In this document: positions 58,775 to 64,000 of the stretch, piece by piece | How positions within the stretch are numbered: position 1 is the stretch's first letter | Layout: every line of letters starts with the position of its first letter | Origin: Candidatus Woesebacteria bacterium | GTDB lineage: Bacteria > Patescibacteriota > Microgenomatia > UBA1400 > UBA12028 | Direction of reading: 5' to 3' | Assembly: GCA_040006915.1 (NCBI GenBank) | Contig: JBDTWD010000005.1 | Coordinates: 23,394-87,393 of the forward strand | Length of the DNA stretch: 64,000 bases | Notes under the pieces: generated by a model | What the model was told of the DNA's origin: nothing | The model's database searches: none | Seen by the model: the letters and a program-made list of their open reading frames with translations, nothing else | Program-made: the position numbers and the translations under genes

Positions 58775-59880
58775 AATCACCAACCATAACGGCAGCCTCA
58801 CTTTTAGAGGTGGCATTACCCTTAAACAAACCATTCACGACTGGCTTCGGCACACTGTATGATCGAAACACCTTGTTGGTTAGGCTCGAGTCAGAGACGG
58901 GAAAAGTGGGATGGGGTGAAGCAGCCATACTTAAAGATCCCATTTACTTAGAAGAATGGCTCAATGGCAGCTACCAGTTCATCCAAGAATATCTTCTCCC
59001 AGTCGTTATGAAAGAGACGATAAGCTCTTTGGAGTTTTCGCAAAAGATTGCCGGACTGCGACGAAATAACATTTCAAAATTCGCTGTGGAAACGGCTCTA
59101 TGGTCTTTGGAAGCGAGCGAATCTCTAATTCCTGAATGGAAACTCCTGGGAGGAGAGCGAGCCAAAATCCAAACTGGTGCCAGTATCGGAATGCAGCCCA
59201 GTATTGAAAGAACACTGATAGAAGTAAAAGAAGCGCTGAACCAAGGATTAACGCGGATAAAATTGAAGATTGAACCTGGTTGGGATTTCGAACTTGTACG
59301 AGCCGTACGAGAGAAGTATCCGGATATCATGCTCATGGTCGACGCTAATTCTTCCTATACCCTAAAGGATATCGCAACGCTGCAGTCATTAGATGAGTTT
59401 AATCTCATCATGATGGAGCAACCGCTTGCATATGATGACATCATTGACCATGCAAAATTAGCGAAAGTACTCAAAACGCCGATTTGTTTGGACGAGAGTA
59501 TATGTTCATCCGAAGACGCGAGAAAAGCAATCGAGATTGGTGCATGTAAAATCATCAACGTAAAACCTGCCCGAGTAGGAAGTCTGTACGAAGTCCAACG
59601 TATAAATGAACTGGCGCGAGAAAATGGAATACAGCTTTGGTGTGGGGGAATGCTTGAATCAGACATAGGAAAGATTCCGAATCTCGCCTGTGCAAGTCTC
59701 TCGGAATTTTCTCTTCCTGCAGATATTTCTTCGTGGCAAACGTATTTTAGTAGTACCTGTACAGATTTAGATACATCCTATTCTCACGGAATTTTCACTT
59801 TAGATGATCAAACAGGACTTACCACGCATGTAGATGAGGAATGGATACGTCGATATACAGTGCGAAGAGTTGATCTGTAG
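58771..59880 (+). CDS. NSAR/OSBS subfamily enolase-superfamily enzyme (N-succinylamino acid racemase / o-succinylbenzoate synthase)
   Basis: RIKLKIEPG, VDANSSY, EQPL, LDESI, NVKPARVG, WCGGMLES; ATGA overlap with the M20 gene. Confidence 0.88.
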   Translation: MKSPTITAASLLEVALPLNKPFTTGFGTLYDRNTLLVRLESETGKVGWGEAAILKDPIYLEEWLNGSYQFIQEYLLPVVMKETISSLEFSQKIAGLRRNNISKFAVETALWSLEASESLIPEWKLLGGERAKIQTGASIGMQPSIERTLIEVKEALNQGLTRIKLKIEPGWDFELVRAVREKYPDIMLMVDANSSYTLKDIATLQSLDEFNLIMMEQPLAYDDIIDHAKLAKVLKTPICLDESICSSEDARKAIEIGACKIINVKPARVGSLYEVQRINELARENGIQLWCGGMLESDIGKIPNLACASLSEFSLPADISSWQTYFSSTCTDLDTSYSHGIFTLDDQTGLTTHVDEEWIRRYTVRRVDL

Positions 59881-59925
59881 ACGTAACAATTGCAAAATAA
59901 AGATTTGGCTGAAGTTCATGGGATG

Positions 59926-59996
59926 CTGCCGGACTTGGATTCGGACCAAGATAAACAGATTCAGAGTCTGTTGGCCTACCATTAGCCGATCCGGCA
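59926..59996 (-). tRNA. tRNA-Gln (anticodon CTG), CCA not encoded
   Basis: TGCCGGA/TCCGGCA acceptor stem, D-loop TAATGGTA, anticodon arm ACAGA-CTCTGAA-TCTGT, T-arm CTTGG-TCCGAAT-CCAAG. Confidence 0.92.
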
Positions 59997-60145
59997 AAGA
60001 TACCTGCCTATTTTACCAGAGTAGACCAAATCAAACAGTAGCCTCTTTAAGCCTCCCCTCAGTTCCACTGGTTACGATCCAAAAATAGAAAGGAGGTTTA
60101 GCCACAGAACAGTGGAACGCGTATTCAATGTAAGGAGGAAACAAT

Positions 60146-60640
60146 ATGGTAAGTAAAGCAAAAAGAATGATTTTTGTCTCGGCTCTAGCAATCTCGATTA
60201 TTGGAGCGGGAATGTATGGAACTCGAAGTGTATTTGCACAAGATTCAACCGTGCAATCAACCATTGTGCAAAAGATTGCACAGAAATTTAGCTTGAAGAC
60301 TGAGGAAGTACAAGCAGTCTTTGATCAAGAACGGGCTGATCGTGAGAAGGAAATGGAGGCAAAATATGAGCAAAGGCTCACAGATGCTGTCTCCAAAGGA
60401 GAGCTCACCGAAGAAAAAAAACAACTCATCCTCACCAAACACAAAGAACTTATCTCTAACCGAACAACCAACATGGAGAAATTCAAAGCCATGACCGCAC
60501 AGGAACGGAAAGCGGCAATGCAAAAAGCCAAGACTGATCTTGAAACTTGGGCAAAAGAGAACGGGATCGATGTAAAGTACCTGATGGGAAGAATGGGAAA
60601 TAGAGGTGGATTTGGAAAACACTTTGGAGGGAATAAATAA
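60146..60640 (+). CDS. Secreted helical hypothetical protein
   Basis: TAAGGAGG SD; signal peptide ending VFA; charged helical body. Confidence 0.8.
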   Translation: MVSKAKRMIFVSALAISIIGAGMYGTRSVFAQDSTVQSTIVQKIAQKFSLKTEEVQAVFDQERADREKEMEAKYEQRLTDAVSKGELTEEKKQLILTKHKELISNRTTNMEKFKAMTAQERKAAMQKAKTDLETWAKENGIDVKYLMGRMGNRGGFGKHFGGNK

Positions 60641-60665
60641 GACAATAACAGTCTTGTTTGTTTGG

Positions 60666-60701
60666 AGGCGCCCTTCTCACTTGAGGAGGGCGTTTTTTTT
60701 T
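60666..60701 (+). terminator. Intrinsic terminator
   Basis: GGCGCCCTTCTC-ACTT-GAGGAGGGCGT followed by a T-run. Confidence 0.85.
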
Positions 60702-60711
60702 GAGTTCGTGC

Positions 60712-60740
60712 TTGACAAAATTGTAAGAATTTCTTACGCT
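60712..60740 (+). promoter_or_regulatory. Sigma70 promoter with overlapping palindrome
   Basis: TTGACA-17 nt-TACGCT; GTAAGAA-T-TTCTTAC inverted repeat at 60723-60737. Confidence 0.65.
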
Positions 60741-60752
60741 TGCTCCTAAACT

Positions 60753-63700
60753 ATGATTCAAATCACTCGTTCGTTTAAACACTTTTCTTTTTCTTTTATT
60801 CTCTCTCTCTTTCTTCTCCTTCCTCTCTTAGTCAATCCAGTTCATGTTCATGCCGTACAAACCACGTCGACTTATCAGATCTCTGCTTCAGCCAATGATG
60901 TCAATGAGGTTGGAACAACATATCAAGACACGACTACTCCAGGATGGATTGGCACAGGAGGATCAGCAACAGCTAGCTTCTTGGGATTACGATTTACGAA
61001 TGTCACCGTCCCTCAGAACGCCACAATTGTCTCGGCATACCTACAATTCTTCTCGACCCAATCACAGTGGTTAACGATTGGCTATGATTTAAATGCCGAG
61101 AACGCAGGAAACAGTGCTGCTTTTTCCACTGCCGCAAAGCCATCGGCACGCACGTTAACGACTCAAAAAGTTTCACACAATTCTGACGCGCAGTGGCTCG
61201 CCAACACTTGGTACTCTTCCGATGAACTGAATAGTATTGTCACTGCGGTCACCAGTCGAGCTGATTGGACTTCAGGAAATAGTATGAGTTTTGTTCTCAA
61301 AGGTACGGTTGGTACCTGGGGAAGAAAATTCTTGGCAAGCTACGATACCAGTAGTACAAACGCTCCTAAATTGGTGGTCATCTATGACAGTGCAGGAGGT
61401 ACTCCAACCCCTACCCCGACTGCCACTCCAATCCCTACACCTACTCCAACACCGACAGCAACCCCCGTTCCGACTCCAACTCCTACACCAGTGCCCACCC
61501 CTACACCGACACCAACTCCAGCAGGATTTCAAAACCAAAAAATCATTGTTGGTTTAACTCAACCGACCACTGTAAATTTCACCCCAGATGGTCGTATGTT
61601 AATTGCGGAACGTTTGGGTGCGATCAAAGTTGTGCCAGCCGGACAGACCGCGGTACTTTCTACCCCAGTTTTACAACTGACCAATATCAACATTGATCAA
61701 GGTGAACGAGGACTCGATGGAATGACCGTAGATCCTGACTTTGCCAACAATGGATACATTTATATTTTCTATACTGCCAATTCTCCGCTGCGTGATCGTG
61801 TATCCCGCTTTACCATGGTCGGGAATACCGCAAGCTTGGCAACCGAAACCGTCATTTGGGAGGATAACGTTGATGCGTTCTTTTGGCATCACGGAGGAAC
61901 TCCGGCGTTTGGACCAGATGGCAAACTGTATATCTCAATTGGAGATCATTTTGACCAAACAGCAGGAAGTGGACATGCAGCCCAACGATTAGATAGTTAC
62001 CATGGGAAAATTTTGCGCTTAAACAAAGACGGAAGTGTTCCTACAGACAATCCATTTTTTGATGGAGCCGGTCCAAACCTCGACGCCATCTGGGCAAGAG
62101 GACTGCGAAACCCTTTCCGTATCACTTTTGATTCCACTGCCGGAACAATGTATATCGGTGATGTCGGCGGAAATGATCCAGCTGCCTCCATTGAAGAATT
62201 AAACAAAGGAGTAGCGGGTGCAAACTATGGTTGGCCAATCTGCGAAGGAAGTTGTGCCACTTCAGGAATGACAAACCCCATCTTTAGTTACGGACACGGA
62301 AATCGTGACGCTTCGATTACGGCAGGATTCATTTACCGTGGTACACAGTTCCCGGCCTCATTCGTAGGAAACTTTTTCTACGCTGACTATGCACAAAACT
62401 GGATCAAGCGTTTGGTCTTAAATCCAGACGGATCAGTTGCCAGCAACAATAACTTTGATCCAGCCAATGGAGCCGCAGATACTGCCGAAGGCGATATCAC
62501 TGATGTGAAAGTTGGACCAGAAGGCTCGCTCTATTATGTCGACATCGCTTTGGATAACAATGGCGTGCAAACCGGACCAGGTTCTATCCACAAGATCAGC
62601 TACAACTCAGGGAATTTGCCACCGGTGGTTGCAACAACCTCGGCAACTCCAAACTTTGGAACTGCTCCACTAGCGGTCAATTTCTCGGTAACCGCTACTG
62701 ATCCCGATAACGATGTCCTCTCGTATTTATGGGATTTTGGAGATGGACAAACGGCAACCACAGCATCTGCCTCACATACTTATGCCACCAGCGGTGGATA
62801 TAGTGCCCGAGTCAAAGTTTCTGATCCGACACACGATACGTTCTCAAACCCAATCCAAATTAATGTTGGTGAACCACCAGTTGCGACCATTAGTTCACCG
62901 CTCAATAATGCCACCTTCGTCGGAAATGACGTCATCACCTATACGGGAGATGCCACTGATCCCAATGAAACACTCCAAGACAATCAATTTTCTTGGACGA
63001 TTCTCTTCCATCATGATACGCACGTTCACCCAGCCGCTGGACCTGTGAGTGGAAAAACCGGAACGTTTACTATTCCAACCACCGGACATGATTTTACCGG
63101 AAATGTTTGGTATGAATTAATTCTGACGGTCACTGATAGTACCGGTTTGACCGATACGAAATCGGTGTTTATTTATCCGCAGAAAGTGGCAATTAGTGTG
63201 CAAAGTAATCCTGCAGGAATTCCCTTAAGTTTGGATGTGACGACCTCATCGTCGCCAATCAATGTCAATACATTGATTAATTTCCAGCATAATCTGTCGG
63301 CTCCGACCCAATACGTGCTCGCAGGCAAAACCTATCAATTCACTTCTTGGTCTGATGGTGGAGCCGCAACGCATACCGCTACCATTCCCGCGACCGACAG
63401 AACCTATATTGCAAATTATCAGGAAGTCACCTCAACAGTCAGTGGAAAAGTATTTATTGATACCAATACCAACGGAATTTTAGATGCTGGTGAATCTGGA
63501 TACCAAGGAGCCACCGTCACATTGAGTGGGGCGGCCGGGACGCAAGTGTCGGATGCGACTGGATCATATACGTTTGCAAATCAATCCTTAGGAGCCAAAA
63601 CCGTCACGCTCACCGTTCCCAATGGATATGGATCAACGAGCACCAATCCAGTTTCTCTCACACTCAGCGCGTCACCTGCGACTGCTAATTTCGGAATTGT

Positions 63701-64000
63701 GGTTGCCAATACCCCGGTGACCAAAACCTTTCAAGTCAGTTCCAGTGGAGATGATGTCAATGAAGTAACTGCAGTATTAGATACCACTTCAACGACTGCT
63801 TGGCTTGGAACTGGTGGATCAGCGACTGCAAGCTATACAGGCTTTCGCTTTACCAATGTCACTATCCCGCCGAATGCGACCATCACCTCAGCAAAACTTG
63901 AAGTCTATTCTACTCAGTCCCAATGGATTTCCTTTGGATTCACCATGAAAGCTGATAACGTCGGCAATAGCGCGGTCTTTAGCACCAGTAGTAAGCCATC
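60753..64000 (+). CDS. Large secreted modular protein: repeated beta domain, PT linker, PQQ-type sugar dehydrogenase, PKD/Ig-like, SdrD-B-like (runs off right edge)
   Basis: Frame from ATG 60753 (signal peptide ending VHA) is absent from the ORF track, consistent with no stop in the window; GERGLDGM..DP, HHGG..FGPDGKLY, GKILRLN, GLRNPFR, NYGWP; YLWDFGDG; SGKVFIDTNTNGILDAGE; N-terminal domain repeated from ~63715. Confidence 0.88.
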   Translation, partial: MIQITRSFKHFSFSFILSLFLLLPLLVNPVHVHAVQTTSTYQISASANDVNEVGTTYQDTTTPGWIGTGGSATASFLGLRFTNVTVPQNATIVSAYLQFFSTQSQWLTIGYDLNAENAGNSAAFSTAAKPSARTLTTQKVSHNSDAQWLANTWYSSDELNSIVTAVTSRADWTSGNSMSFVLKGTVGTWGRKFLASYDTSSTNAPKLVVIYDSAGGTPTPTPTATPIPTPTPTPTATPVPTPTPTPVPTPTPTPTPAGFQNQKIIVGLTQPTTVNFTPDGRMLIAERLGAIKVVPAGQTAVLSTPVLQLTNINIDQGERGLDGMTVDPDFANNGYIYIFYTANSPLRDRVSRFTMVGNTASLATETVIWEDNVDAFFWHHGGTPAFGPDGKLYISIGDHFDQTAGSGHAAQRLDSYHGKILRLNKDGSVPTDNPFFDGAGPNLDAIWARGLRNPFRITFDSTAGTMYIGDVGGNDPAASIEELNKGVAGANYGWPICEGSCATSGMTNPIFSYGHGNRDASITAGFIYRGTQFPASFVGNFFYADYAQNWIKRLVLNPDGSVASNNNFDPANGAADTAEGDITDVKVGPEGSLYYVDIALDNNGVQTGPGSIHKISYNSGNLPPVVATTSATPNFGTAPLAVNFSVTATDPDNDVLSYLWDFGDGQTATTASASHTYATSGGYSARVKVSDPTHDTFSNPIQINVGEPPVATISSPLNNATFVGNDVITYTGDATDPNETLQDNQFSWTILFHHDTHVHPAAGPVSGKTGTFTIPTTGHDFTGNVWYELILTVTDSTGLTDTKSVFIYPQKVAISVQSNPAGIPLSLDVTTSSSPINVNTLINFQHNLSAPTQYVLAGKTYQFTSWSDGGAATHTATIPATDRTYIANYQEVTSTVSGKVFIDTNTNGILDAGESGYQGATVTLSGAAGTQVSDATGSYTFANQSLGAKTVTLTVPNGYGSTSTNPVSLTLSASPATANFGIVVANTPVTKTFQVSSSGDDVNEVTAVLDTTSTTAWLGTGGSATASYTGFRFTNVTIPPNATITSAKLEVYSTQSQWISFGFTMKADNVGNSAVFSTSSKP
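61401..61520 (+). repeat. Pro/Thr-rich linker coding repeat
   Basis: Encodes TPTPTPTATPIPTPTPTPTATPVPTPTPTPVPTPTPTPTP. Confidence 0.85.

Noticed and set aside
58771-59880. Labelling this gene menC (menaquinone synthesis)
   Set aside because: No other men genes in the window; M20 coupling and the leader peptide favour a racemase role, so no symbol was assigned
59800-60088. ORFs 59800..59997 and 59834..60088
   Set aside because: Shadow frames across the tRNA-Gln gene
61401-61520. Short-period repeats as a possible CRISPR or VNTR
   Set aside because: Degenerate codons of an in-frame Pro/Thr linker; no repeat-spacer structure and no cas genes
60844-63089. Several short ORFs listed in the track in this region
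   Set aside because: All lie within the long plus-strand frame starting at 60753

Overview
Gene-dense ~42% GC bacterial chromosome segment. The gene content is typical of a small-genome Patescibacteria/CPR organism, probably Microgenomates-like (inference from gene content only). It holds a type IV pilus pilB/pilC pair behind two sensor kinases and two receiver-only regulators, cysS, recR, hpf, a fermentative cluster (degenerate PEP-synthase homolog, eno, gpmI, ADP-forming acetate-CoA ligase, 2-oxoacid:ferredoxin oxidoreductase), rmuC, a compact RNase P RNA, lexA, uvrB, miaA/miaB, mutS/mutL, znuACB, an ABC-F, malQ, many small housekeeping or stress genes, tRNA-Gln(CTG) and a large secreted PQQ-type/PKD protein running off the right end. 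No CRISPR array, rRNA, transposase or integrase was seen. The most notable signal is in the intergenic DNA: two apparently leaderless leader-peptide attenuators, each with a terminator and antiterminator. One has a Cys-Cys peptide before cysS. The other has a Phe/His/Tyr-rich peptide before an M20 peptidase + N-succinylamino-acid-racemase-like operon. Across the window, -10-like hexamers sit 6-9 nt before start codons, which suggests widespread leaderless mRNAs.
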